Source: Oculina patagonica
Taxonomy: Eukaryota
Direction: 5' to 3'
DNA length: 64,000 bases
NCBI RefSeq assembly: GCF_052425735.1
Contig: NC_135770.1
Span: 15,376,001 to 15,440,000 of the forward strand
The notes beneath the pieces were generated by a model, which worked only from the letters and a program-made list of their open reading frames with translations, had not been told where the DNA came from and searched no databases. Of the stretch, positions 12,965 to 24,985 are shown piece after piece; the stretch's first letter is position 1, and each line of letters opens with the position of its first letter. The translations under genes were made by a program, and so were the position numbers.

Positions 12965-15900
12965 CTAAAATTGTGATGCCAGCCAATAACTCCATGTCAT
13001 TAGTGGCTGTTTAAATTGCAGCAATCTATCAGCTGAGATGGCAAGACGTTTTCTTTTTTGTTCCTGCTGAGTTACTTTGCAAAATGGTCCTGTTGTCTTC
13101 AGAAAGTTCTGAAATTGAAAATGTAATCCAGTAAGAACTTGTTCTATAAAACTCAAAGAGACAACTTAAAATCATAGGGCAAGTCCTTTTTGAAAGAGGA
13201 GTATTAAATAAAAGAAGGTAGAAAATTTTAAAACTTAAGGGTGATCATGGCTTAAATTGAGAGTTAAACTTCTGACATTACTAGAGCGGGCTGTCGGTTG
13301 GGTTGGTTGAATGGTGGGTTAGTTTGATTTGTTGGTTGGTTGGTGGGTGGGTGGTGGGTGGGTGGGTGTGTTGGCTGTAATTAGTTAATTGGTTGGCTTG
13401 TTTGTTTGTTTGGCAGGTAGGTCGGCTGGCTTGCTGGCTGACTGGCTGGTTGGTTTGATTGATTGGTTGGTTGGATGGTAGGTAGGTAAGTACAGGTATG
13501 TAGGTAGGTGGGTAGGTGTGTAGGTAGGTAGGAAAGTAGCTAGGTAGGTACAAAGGTTGGTTGGTAGGTAGGTAGGAAAATAGGTTGGTTGGTTGGTATA
13601 GGTAGGTTAAGGTAGGTTGGTTGGTTGGCTGGTTGGTAGGCTGGTTGCATTGGCTGCATGGTTGTTTGGTTGGTTTGATTGGTTGGTTGGTGGTAGGCAG
13701 ATATGTAGGTAGGTGGGTAGGTAGGTAGGTAGGTAGGTAGGTAGGTTGGTAGGTAGGTAGGTAGGTTGGCTGGTTGGCAGGTTGGTTGCATGGTTTGTTT
13801 GTTGAGTGGTTGGTTTGGTTGGCTGGCATGTAGGTAGGCTGGTTGGTTGCATATATGGTTGGTTGGTTGCATGGTTGGTCTGGTAATGGCTGCTTGGTGT
13901 ATTAATTTGGCAGGTTGGTTGGTTGTTTAGTGGGTGGGTGAGTGAATGGGAGGGTGGGAGGGTTGGTTGGGAGTAGAATATTGTTTGTGGAAATTGTTAT
14001 GTGTGAGTGATGTGTTCAGAGTATTGGTTGGTTAAATTACTTTTTAATTACCTGGGTGATTTGCTTTTGTAGTACTTGTTTTAGATTTATGATGTGAATT
14101 GTCGCATAAACTGCTGCTGTTGCCATTCAAACAGGATTTTGCGGGCGATGCATTGCATTCTGAGCTGCAAGGAAATTCCATGCGACCTCTTCGCACTTTT
14201 TCAATTACTTCATCTTCGGCATCACTGTTACCTCCAGTTTCACCATTAACTTTAAAGTTTTCTTTGTTTCCAGATTCAACTTTTCCTTCAAGGTCATCTT
14301 TATCGTTATTATTAGAGGTTTTTTTTGTACTGCGTTGAAAGTCACCATCCTGATCTTTGTAGTCTCTAATGCCGTTAGTTGGAGCTTGATGTACAGGCCA
14401 TAATGTCTTTACAATTATCTCATCATCTGAATCATCAGATTCTGAAGGAGAGAAAAGAATAATTATATGGATGGTGGTATACAGGCTTGTTAGTAAATTG
14501 ATGTACTCATTTCTGTGTTGGGTAGCCTGTATAGAAGCCATAGATTTCCATCTTTTATATCATGCTTTAGTTGCTTAGAACTGCTGGTGGAAATCTACCA
14601 GTGTTTGCTGGTTGTGTTTGGGATTAGATTTAAGTTAATTTTTTATTGTTTGAGGTAGAATGGCAATTTAAGGTGCCTAAGAATCAATTATTATTTATGA
14701 TAATTTTACAACTTTTGTTTTCATTTACTCATGTATGTTCAACTTTGAGCACATCCATCTGACTTATAAATATATTTTTGATCCCATAACAACTGCCAAA
14801 TAGCCTTTTGCATAAGGTATCATAAACTGAATGTATTTAAAGTCTGTGTCTGAGCCAAGTGGCCCATACAGCCGGAGCTTTTCCTGAGTTCTGTAGCATT
14901 AATTAAGTTGACTAGAAGTAGTGCTACTCCGTCTGGATGGGATGCTAGTCCATCCCAGGGTTACCCCCCAGCAGTAAATTAGCCGGTACCCATTTATACA
15001 CCTGCATGGAGAGAGGCACTGTGAGAGTAAAGTATCTTGCCCAATAACATAACCTAACGCGCCAGCCAGGGCTTGAACCCAGGCTGTTCAACTTGAAGTC
15101 AAGCGCGCTAAACATTAGGCCACCACACCTCCCATGGTGTCATAAACACAACCAATGAATTCATCATGTATTACTTTTATGGAAGAAAAAGAAAATGCCG
15201 CTTTGGGTTTACACAGGCTCGCTCATGCAAACACTTGAGTGAGTCTGAGAGACTTTGAAAATAATCATTTCACCATTCCTTAAGGCTATGGTTGGAAAAA
15301 CAACCTTTAAATTCTCCCAAACCCTCGAAAACCCTGTTGATGCTAAGGGGATTCTATAGAGGGCTGCCTCTTTTAGGCTGCAGGTTTATAAAAAGGTAGG
15401 GATTTGATGTGTTGGAGTATAGAAATGGGTAAGGAAAAATGGGTTTTAGGTATTTTAAGGGGCCTTAGCTTTTAACTTTTTTTTAACAGACCAACCACTA
15501 ATGAAAAGTTAATATGTGAAATGGTTTCCATTTTCTATTGAAGGTATATGAAGGCTCCCCTTTTAATATGTCAAAAGCGGTAAAAAAACAAAAAAAGCTA
15601 CTTTTAACCACAACCTGGGTCTAAGGGCCTGTTTACTCACGCGGCGGACGCCCCACTCCAAGAAACCAAAGAACAAGCGGGCCGGGGCCCCGCAAAAGGA
15701 CATGGAAGGCGGGTGCCCCGGCTAACCGAGTTACCTGGCTAACCGAGCTACCCTGGGTGAGCCAACTTTTCATACGTTTCCTAAGAAAATGTATTGAAGC
15801 TTTTACATGCTAGAAGGGTAACCCGCCTTGCCGGGGCACTCGGTCTACTTGCCCGGGGCACCCTTCTAGGCGGGATAGCTTTTTGCCATGTAAACGGTTA

Positions 15901-17038
15901 TGCCCGAGCTATCCCGGCTTGCCGGGATAAGTTTTCGCGCGTGTTTTTAAACTAAATTTGAAGTTAATGGCATAAAATGTATAAATTCTGGACCCAAACA
16001 GTGCTATTTGATCAAAATTAGTTTTATCAGTCGGCTGAAAATATTTCTTTGAGCAACAGCTAATTAATTCGAAATTTTCGTTGGAATGATTATCCTAATT
16101 CACGACACAACAAATTTAATTTCAATTTGGCGGCCAAATACTGTTGAATTTCGATTGAATTTCGTCAAAAATGAACGCAGTAAATTTCTGAGAACTTGTA
16201 CATCAAATTAAAATAAGTTTGAAGACGAAAAGCCTTGATTATTCAGTAAAAAGCCATATTTTTCTTCAATCATTTGGAGCTACATTGTTTTCCCACGCCG
16301 TGACACGCTTCAATGACGCTGTCTCATCTCGGGTAGAAGGGTTGTGAATTCTGCATGTAAGGGAAGGTACGTTATTTATTGGGGGGGGGGGGGGGGGGGG
16401 GGGCGGGGGGGGGGGGGGGTAATTTTTTTTTAANNNNNNNNNNNNNNNNNNNNNNNNNNNNNNNNNNNNNNNNNNNNNNNNNNNNNNNNNNNNNNNNNNN
16501 NNNNNNNNNNNNNNNNNNNNNNNNNNNNNNNNNNNNNNNNNNNNNNNNNNNNNNNNNNNNNNNNNNNNNNNNNNNNNNNNNNNNNNNNNNNNNNNNNNNN
16601 NNNNNNNNNNNNNNNNNNNNNNNNNNNNNNNNNNNNNNNNNNNNNNNNNNNNNNNNNNNTAGGTTTTATCCCTTCTAGCCGGGTAACTCGGTTAGCCGGG
16701 GCACCCTCCCTCCATGTAAACAGGCCCTAAATGTCAAGCTATCAACAAATTCTTTCCGAATGCAGCTGATATATTCAGAATGACGACCATTTCTTCAAAA
16801 GGAGAAATTATTGAGAATACACAAGTCAATATTATACTAGCCAGTGTAATGTACTTGGTATTCAGAAAGTAAACGTTAAACGCTGATTTCAGGATAATAA
16901 GCTTAATGAATATTGTTTTAGTCGTTCATTTAAAAATTCAACATTCAAGTCTGACATAATCGAACAGAAAAATTACTCAGTTCTTTACCTACCGTTTGAG
17001 AAAGTTTCCTTTCGCGTGGGTGTTTTGCTGTATTCCAT
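12965..17038 (-). CDS. Uncharacterised protein, 204 aa; exons 17038-16993, 14441-14052, 13143-12965
   Basis: ATG exon MEYSKTPTRKETFSN|gtaggt, acceptor ctccttcag, donor CCAG|gtaatt, acceptor ttttatag. Phases 1/1 join to 615 nt with no internal stop. Acidic low-complexity middle; C-terminus contains KRKR and ends WSYWLASQF. Intron 1 contains an assembly gap. Confidence 0.75.
13295..13970. repeat. Degenerate (GGTT)n/(GGTA)n tetranucleotide microsatellite
   Basis: Directly visible. Lies in intron 2 of the minus-strand gene and is the source of the PTNQ/PTYL ORFs. Confidence 0.95.
14839..15133 (-). mobile_element. tRNA-derived SINE
   Basis: Reverse-complement homolog of the SINE at 45488-45786, with A box, B box and central GGGCAAGA..TAAATGGGTACC core. 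Confidence 0.85.
15625..16727. mobile_element. PIF/Harbinger-type non-autonomous element spanning the assembly gap
   Basis: TIR GGGCCTGTTTAC..GTAAACAGGCCC; 3-bp TSD TAA (15622-15624, 16728-16730); repeated subterminal cccggctaaccgag motifs. Confidence 0.8.
16434..16659. other. Assembly gap (226 N)
   Basis: Run of N preceded by a poly-G tract. Confidence 1.
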
Positions 17039-17039
17039 T

Positions 17040-17330
17040 ACTGTCGTTCTCTATTCTTAAAACTTGTTTTCCTTCAAATCTCTTTTATATTCTTCCGTTC
17101 CGCATAGCTCGGAACAAGGTGAAATCAATAAACGGGAAGGACGCGAAACGTCTTTATAATAAAGTGGCGTGACCGTCACGCTCGTCTGATTCCTGAAAAA
17201 ACCGGATGGGTACGCCCGACGCGATGGGATGACGTAATTTCCGTTCAGGTGGCTTTATTTGGTAAAAATGATCGGAAAAGTTGTTCAATTAGTACTTCCT
17301 GTTTCCCGCTTTTCAGTTTCGCTCCGTTAA
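17040..17330. promoter_or_regulatory. CpG-rich promoter region of the minus-strand gene, possibly bidirectional with XKR-A
   Basis: Immediately upstream of ATG 17038. Contains CRE-like TGACGTAA, ETS-like ACTTCCTG and E2F-like TTTCCCGC. The XKR-A first coding exon begins with a splice acceptor, so it needs an upstream non-coding exon. Confidence 0.45.
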
Positions 17331-17632
17331 TGGTTTACCATATTTTTAAGTGATCCGAACGAATCAAATCGGCACTTCACTGAAAAAGATGCACTGCAAT
17401 GACAATCGTGATACTGAAAGGATTACAACATCGCAGCTCTTGAATGATTGAATGACACATGATTATTCCTGCCCTTTCTTTGGCCATATATAGTTTGCTT
17501 TGGCGAATCATGTCCTTACTAAAAAAAGTGGTCCATACAATTAGACTCCAAACCGCAGAGATCTTTTATACCCTTCAACAAGGCAACCCTTTTCGCTTTT
17601 CCATATATTGGAATGTAGGCTACCGTAATATA

Positions 17633-18103
17633 CAGTAGAACCCCGGTAACTCGAACTCGGATAACTCGAACAACCCCGCTAACTCGAACAAACTTCCATT
17701 TCCCTTGGATTTGACCCCACTTTTCAGTCATTTTTACTCGGTTAACTCGAACTCGGATAACTCGAAAACCCCGTTAACTCGAACTAAATTTCGTTTCCCT
17801 TGAACAAAATTTGGGTCAAATTTACCCCGATAACTCGAATTCCGGTTCTTGCAAGACGCCACGGATTAGAGCAACGAACAGATCACGTATTTGACAGCCA
17901 TTTTCCACTCTTATCATTAGAATGTATGGCCGTGTTAGAGTTTCTGGCAAGATAACTTCAATTTGCACTGTACTGTATACTGTAGTGCTGAAAAATCAGT
18001 AAACTATCAATTATTAACTTGGCAAATTAAGTATTCAATCGACCCCGATAACTCGAACTGTTTTTCGTTTCCCTTCAGAGTTCGAGTTACCGGGGTTCTA
18101 CTG
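17633..18103. mobile_element. Tc1/mariner(pogo)-type MITE
   Basis: TIR CAGTAGAACCCCGGTAACTCGAACTC at both ends; TA TSD; repeated taactcgaa motifs. Confidence 0.9.
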
Positions 18104-18220
18104 TACAGTGTATCGTGCAATTTAATATCCCGAAAAAGTAAAAACCTTGAAAATGTCAGCTTTACTGACACTGTGACAAGAGAGGCTTTAAACGTAAATC
18201 TGTTCATCCCGTTTTATTGG

Positions 18221-18779
18221 TAGCCTGCGAGCAGGCTCACCTTGGGGCACGCACGAGAGCTACACGAGAGTAAGGATGGGCCGATACTCGATACCAAATA
18301 TTCGATACCTCGATATTTTGACAATTTTGAAAATTTTCGATACTTTCGAAAAATATCGCACTTTCGATACGTTTCCGATACTGCACACGTGACCTGAGCC
18401 TGCGGTCTCCTGGTCAGCACCTGAGGTTTAAAAATGCAATTTTGCTCAAACAAATATTGTTGTTCTTGTCAATATTTGAATTTTTCTTGCCTTGATGCAA
18501 AAGTGAATCAAAAAGACCAAAAATCAACATTCGTGGCTAACATCTACAACGCCAGGACTGTCTTTTGAATTCTTTAACAAATCACGTGACTTACCAATGA
18601 CGTCAGGACGGAAATGACGTCATAATATCGAGATCGATATCGATATCGAGAAAAAAGGCAAATATCGTATCGATATCGTATCGTTTTGAAAAACCTGTAT
18701 CGGCCCACCCTTACACGAGAGCGGCGAAGCCGCGACACGAGAGCTGCGCTTGCCCCAACGTGAGCCTGCTCGCAGGCTA
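18221..18779. mobile_element. TAG..CTA element with 9-bp TSD (AcademH-like, non-autonomous)
   Basis: TIR TAGCCTGCGAGCAGGCTCAC; TSD TTTTATTGG (18212-18220, 18780-18788). Confidence 0.8.
18271..18713. mobile_element. hAT-type MITE nested in the 18221-18779 element
   Basis: TIR TAAGG(A/G)TGGGCCGATAC; 8-bp TSD CACGAGAG (18263-18270, 18714-18721); subterminal CGATA repeats. Confidence 0.88.
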
Positions 18780-19062
18780 TTTTATTGGTTGCTTTTGTCA
18801 CACACAAAACAATGTGCTGTTATGTGTGATTCGAGATGAGTTTGCACATGCATGTAATCGGCTGCTGACAATTTCTACGCTATTTAATTTTGTGTTTCAG
18901 TAAAACACAAAAGTTACACGGAGGATTTCCCAGTCTGTTATCTCGGTGAGCCCGATTTTGTAAATATTGCATGCTCTTATTTTTTGCTACAACTCGAACC
19001 TTCAAGGGAAATCGAGAAAGGTTTGGTTGCCAGAGGGTTCGAGTTGTCGAGGGTAAAACTAA

Positions 19063-20800
19063 GGCTCGGGTCGCACTTGAGACAAACATTTGAAATGTTG
19101 CAAGATGTTGAGGACAATGTTTGTCTCGGAACTTGTCCGAGACAATTTGAATTGTTGTATTTAGGGTCGCACTTGGACACACAAAATTACCCGTCACTTG
19201 ATACTGTGTTAATTTCGCAGCAAAAATAACATTCAAAAGGGAGAGACAAACCGGTCGCATTGAATCAAATCAACGCAAATGTTTGTTTCTACCTTCTTAA
19301 TGCGAGCGTTCGTAACGATGTCGAAGCTCATATAAAAGAAAGCGTGCCGCCGTATAAAGCGGAAAATTTGATGAGCAAATTGCTGTGCATCATGATTCGG
19401 ACTGCGGCTACAGAACAGTTGCCCTAGCCTATACCAATCTTTCCTTTCATTTGAATTATCTTGGCGAGGGCTCTTTTCCCAAATAACGGAAATATTCGGT
19501 CGAAAACCGCTTGAATTCGTATTCATCAGACTAGATAGTAAAATGTGAAGCGAACAATTTTTTAAGGATCACTGAACTGATTGACACTTTTGTCACAAGA
19601 AAAACAATTTTTGTTTGTTGTTCGTAAAAAGTCCTGCGTTGAGGTAGCTAGCGAGCAGGCTCACCTTGGAGCATGCATGAGAGCTACATGAGAGCGGCGT
19701 CAGCCGCGAGTGAGCCTGCATCGATCTCTGCTAATTTTTCTCTTCCACCCCGGAAACCGCAGGAACAATTATTAAGTTTCACGGGAATAGAAGTTTGACA
19801 GGAACGTTGACAGCGAATAAGCCTGATAGTTTTAGATTTATCGGGAAAATTTCCAATGCAAACTTTCCACAATGTCGGTTGTGAATGCTACACCGAAGAA
19901 ATAAAGCAAGCGTTGAAAAAAACCTCTTCTTTCTTCGGTTAGAGATTTCTGCCGACTGTGTGCGTGTTCGTTAAAAGTCCAATATGGAGAGTCGGCTCGT
20001 GTGATCGCAACAGAAAATTCCTTTCAAGCGTCAAAGCAGAAAGTTTTCGCCGGTGTTATCCTCGCTTAACTGTGCTAATATGTTGGTTTACAAGTGACAG
20101 CCTCCGCGAAAAAATCCGATAGAGTTTGCCAGGCTTGTGCACGGAAAATAAGAAATATGCACGAGCTGTACTCGTTTGTAGCTAAAGCGCTGCGGAAAGG
20201 GAAATCGAATGCGAAGAAAGCGAAGACCGATTCAAGCAAAACGGCGAGTACATCTCGGTTCATCAACAAACTTTTAACAGCGTATCCTGCTCCTTTTTTA
20301 GGTTAGCAGAAACAGACTAGAACTTCGCTGAAACATTAGAAATACACGCACTCGATAATAATATTGCTGATTGTTGACGACTGATTTGCGACAGCCCGCG
20401 GCAAACTGAACGACTCCATGCATGGGGATCTGATCGCACCTCATCAAACAAAACAGATTGACAGTTATCTCACCTTTCTCGCCTTTCGGCCAATGGTATT
20501 TCACTTTGCTAAGGCAAAGGAGAAATGAAAAATATACAGAGATCAAAGCAGGCTCACTTTATTGGCGCCACTCCGCTCGCCACTCGCGTGTGCCCCAAGG
20601 TATATTCGCGCGTGCCCCAACGAGAGCCTGCTCGCAGGCTAGCGTTGAGGCAGGACGACGGCTTCTTTGAAGATTTGTCTCCGTGGACGTAGGGACAAGT
20701 AGGTCGCACTTGGCGTGGTCAACTGATGACAGGAATCTGACAACTTTTTTGGTTATCAAAATAAACTTGTCCCGATTTCGTCCCAAGTGCGACCCGGGCC
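19063..20800. mobile_element. PIF/Harbinger-type non-autonomous element
   Basis: TIR GGC(T/C)CGGGTCGCACTTG(A/G)GAC; TSD TAA (19060-19062, 20801-20803). Inserted into an older actcgaac/gttcgagt-type MITE (~18987-20873). Confidence 0.85.
19645..20641 (+). mobile_element. TAG..CTA element with 9-bp TSD (AcademH-like deletion derivative) nested in the Harbinger element
   Basis: Ends TAGCTAGCGAGCAGGCTC / GAGCCTGCTCGCAGGCTA; TSD GCGTTGAGG (19636-19644, 20642-20650); internal zinc-finger-like relic SDRVCQACARKIRN. Confidence 0.8.
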
Positions 20801-20908
20801 TAAATGTAGTAAGAAAATGATCTGGAGGGGAATCGACAAAGGTTCGAGTTAGCGGGAGGTTCGGGATTCAGACTGGGAGATGAAAATTCCTTTACTCTCT
20901 GCAGGTGT

Positions 20909-23696
20909 ATGGTGCCCCACATGCACAAAGAGATGAATAGGACAGAGCCGTCATCGCAAAATATTCAATGCCCGTGCCGATACTTCTCCTGTGCTCCCAG
21001 ATGCAATCGGTTGTTGGATTGGATACAAGACACACGACCAGATGTACCTCCCAAAGACCCCGAGACAAGAATATGGTATGAACGAGGAAAATGCTCTCGG
21101 TTTGACCTGTTATTTCCGTTTCTCACTGCGTTACTGTCGTTACTGGATACTGGCATGGATGTTGAGGTGGCAGTGACTCATTATCGCCGTGGGGATTACA
21201 GCTGGGGTGTACTGACCCTCGCTTTTGCGTTTGTTTCACTGGTTTCAATCGGAATAGTATCTGCAAACTGGTACCTTGAGGATCAAAAGAGTTACAAGCG
21301 GGAGATTTTGAAGAAAAATGGACTGGAGATAAAAAAGTGGCATTATTTGTGTCACTTCTTCCTTTGTGGAGGTCTCTTAAGGTAAGCTCTTGTTAAGGAC
21401 TTTGTACCGAGTGAGTCGCTGTTACTGCAACAATCGATCGTGGCTTTATGTGACAAATCTTTGTTAAAAACAGTTTCATGGGCCGTTTTTGTAATTTTAT
21501 TTTTCAATTTCCTTACATGGCTCCAATTTATAATTTTGAATAAGTAGTTATGAAATCTGCGTGGGATGACGATCCATCGTCACGTGATAAGAACAGCTCA
21601 TTGCATGCATGTAGTATCTTTTGTTTGACAAGTCACGGGAAACGTGATTAGGTATTTGTCATCCCTTTTCGCAACCTTGAACGTCCGTCACGAAATCAGG
21701 GAAAAGATTACGTAACGAGTGGGAATAACAACTGGGGGTTCTTCGTATAATTATTGACCTGAAGGGGTAAATGGGAACAGGGATTTACAAATTTCCTCTG
21801 GAAAAATTGAATTTGGGTCACTGGGACTGGCTGTGATGACCACAAAAAACAACAACAATAGAACTGGAACTGGGATTTGGGCTTTTGAAACAGTGGTTTT
21901 TTAGCACTGCTAGGTACTATTCGAATTCAAGAACTAGTAAATCAATAGGTCCAGGCTACTTCACGCAGATAATAGTAGTCTGGCAGGTCCCGGATAGTAG
22001 AGTAGCAGTACTGACTGTTACAAGATCTTGGTGTTCTTTCAAGTTAACAAATGGCTGAAGCGTCTGTCACTGAGTACAGTCAACTCTTGTTATAGCGGAC
22101 ACGCTCGGGGCGTCGTTTATTGCCCGTTATAGCGAGTGTCCGTAATAGCGGGAGTCATTTCCAGTCAAACCTCTTCCGCCGGGGATCTGGATTTTGTCCG
22201 TAATAGCGAGTGTCCGCAATAGCGGGGTGTCCGCAAGGCGAGAGTTGACTGTAATGGTAAAGGATGTGTGTTTTTACTGTTGTAGATGCTGTCAGATATT
22301 TAGAACCGTGCGTTTAATACGAAGTATCAAACACCAATCGCCAGATGATAAAGAAAGGTATCGCCTGTATATAGCTCAGCTACAAGACTCGAGCACTCTT
22401 GGTGTTTTAGAAGCGTTTATGGAAGAGGCTCCACAGGTAAATGCTTCCTGAGAATGCCGGGTATATTGTATATTTTGGTAGTAACAGTAGTTTCACTGCT
22501 GCTAGTCAAAAGCATATACAGTTAGTACGTTTTTGAACGAGTCTTGAAAATTTATTATTAATAGTTGCAGAATTGTAAAACCCTGTTTTTTTTAGAACGT
22601 TTTTGAACGAGTCTTGAACAATTTATTATTAATAGTTGCGGGATTGTAAAAACCTGTTTTTTACACATAATAACCAGAAAGACAAGCCAATGAGAGTGCA
22701 CTACGTGTAACGGGAGGCGCCAGTATCAGCCAATCAGCGCACGCGTTTTGTTTACTTATCAAAGCTGATTGTAAAAGTAAATCGTTCTGGCTGTAAAGGC
22801 AAAAAAACCTTATCTGGGATTAGCGTAAACTTCAAATTTGATTTTATAAATGTGTTATTATCAGTTAGTCTTATATCACCAGAAGCTAAACTGAACCATT
22901 TTTCTCTACCTAACAGGTCGCCTTACAACTCTACATCTTATTACGCCGAGGAAGTCTAGACTTAGCATCGTTTGAAGATCTCATTGTGGCTCTCAGCATA
23001 CCGAAGTCACTCGCTCTTTTTGCCTTCAACCTTCTCATCTACGCAAGATATATCAGAGTAGCTGATGAAGAAAGTCGCCAACTGAATTGGTGTAGTGCTG
23101 GTTCCTTGTTGTATTTCCTATGGAGGTTGTTTATGCTCACATCTAGAATACTAGCTCTCGCTGTGTTTGCGTCACATTTCACTCGTTTTGTGTTTATAGT
23201 CGTCGCAATTCACTTTGCTGCCTCGTATGCCTTGTTGTGGAGACAGGAATGCGAATATTTTGAAGACGAGCCAGTTAAACAGAAATTCTTCAGATTCGCT
23301 ATTGCATATGTGCATATGTTCTGTTTTTTTCCACTGGAAGGCAAAAACACTCGAAAATGGGGATATCCTTACTATATCCTGAACCTCATTGAAGACACTG
23401 TGATGGTTCTACTGTGGAATTTTCTAACGAGCTACGATCTGAAGTTCAGGATAGTCATACTAACAACAGAATGGGGAACATTCTTAATCGGGATCGTTTC
23501 TTTGGTTTTATTTTATCGCTGTTTTCACCCGTCGTTAAACACAGCTGAGATGAGACAAGATGAAATTGATTTAGGACGAAAAACCAATGTAAAGACTCAG
23601 TACAAGAGAGCGCGTTGGAAAGTAAATAGTAATGGAAACAGTAGCACAGCTATGGCCGTGAGAACGATTAACTTTTCTACTGTAAGTTACGTGTAA
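20909..23696 (+). CDS. XK-related protein (XKR4/6/8-family phospholipid scramblase-like), paralog A; exons 20909-21381, 22286-22436, 22917-23696
   Basis: Spliced motif LEAFMEEAPQVALQLY (family signature ExxPQxxLQxY), YFLWRLFMLTSRILALAVFAS, and final helix LFYRCFHPS; multiple TM segments; canonical splice sites in phases 2 and 0. Confidence 0.93.
22077..22251. mobile_element. Tc1/mariner-type MITE in an XKR-A intron
   Basis: TIR CAGTCAACTCT..GCGGACAC / GTGTCCGC..AGAGTTGACTG with TA TSD. Confidence 0.85.
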
Positions 23697-23909
23697 GAGT
23701 GCTACATTTGAGTGTCTCAGATTGCCAATCAGAACAGAGAAAACGTGCAACCGGTACCAAGCGCGGGAAAACACACTTGACTCCGATTGGCTATGATCTC
23801 GCTGCTGCCTTAAAAAAAACAAACAGACAAAGAAACAAAACAAACAAACAAACAGACAAACAAACAAAAACAAAATAAAACAGAAGAGATCGCTAAAACA
23901 AAAACGGCC

Positions 23910-24985
23910 TAGATAGATGAAGATAGAGATAGATAGTTTATTGATATTCTTACATGACAGTCTAAAAACTGAATTGCGTAAAAATTTACAGAGATAAATT
24001 ATTAAAAATACAACTATTAAAATCTATTATAACTATATTAAAAATACAACTATTAAAATCTATTAGAACTATATTAAAAATTTGACATAGAAGGAAAGAA
24101 ACTATGTTTAAAACGATTTGTTCGAGCCTTACATGCTTGAAAATGACGTTGACTTCTGAGGTTATACATATTTACATTTTCCTGTGGTATGTACTTATGT
24201 AATTTGTGGCTACTATCGAGCATAATCTTATTAAAGAGTTTCTTGCACAGGATAGAACGTCGTTCCTTTAGGGTGCTTAGATTGCAACTTGATAGGATAT
24301 CCTGATATGATGCTTGTGGATCGATAATAAATAGCGCGCGTTTCTGTACGCGTTCTATATCGTCGCTTAGGTAAGCGGGAAGGCTATGGTGAAAAGCCGG
24401 CGCGCAATACTCTAGAACTGGTCTTATGCATGTACAATAGAAGTTAAGAATGACCTTTCTTGGGACACAAGCTCTTTTTAGTAATTTGATAAACTATAGT
24501 CTTTTGTTGGCCTTCTTTATGATTTCCGTAACGTGGTTATTCCAATGCAACGTATCGGTGATGGTGACACCTAATATCTTTTAACACTGTTGACCAAATC
24601 TAGATCTAAACTATTAATCGAAATGGGAACAAAAGACTGTTTAATTTTCTTAAAGTCTATTGTTAACTCTTTGCACTTGTCCACATTAAGTTGGAGCTTG
24701 TTGCAGCGCGACCAGAGAGCTACCGTGTCCACAGCTTCCTGAATGTTACTTTCACTGTCCTTTGCGACCACTTCAGCAAGGGTAGTGTCATCGACGTATT
24801 TTCAAGTCTGTACATCAGAGGGGCTGAGATCATTTATCATAAGGACAAATAACCAGGGGCCAAGCTTGGTGCCTTGAGGCACGCCAGATGGTACGGTTCC
24901 CCATTCTGAGAAACAGTCGGCAGAGAGTTTCACACGTTGTTGTCTGTCCATCAAAAAATCACAGACCCAACGAGCGATTTACTTT
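23910..24985 (-). mobile_element. 5'-truncated CR1/L2-group LINE (RT 3' half), degenerate
   Basis: Minus strand reads GVPQGTKLGPWLFVLMINDL..KYVDDTTL..NKLQLNVDKCKEL with stops and frameshifts; 3' end AATAAA followed by a (CTAT)n tail. Confidence 0.88.

Noticed and set aside
13281-13872. Three long P/T/N/Q/Y-rich ORFs
   Set aside because: They are translations of the (GGTT/GGTA)n microsatellite inside an intron.
14341-14364. DYKDQDGD resembles the 3xFLAG epitope
   Set aside because: It sits in a native exon with no vector context; coincidence.
17633-18103. Regularly repeated taactcgaa motifs as a CRISPR-like array
   Set aside because: They are subterminal repeats of a TA-flanked MITE in a eukaryotic genome, with no unique spacers or cas genes.
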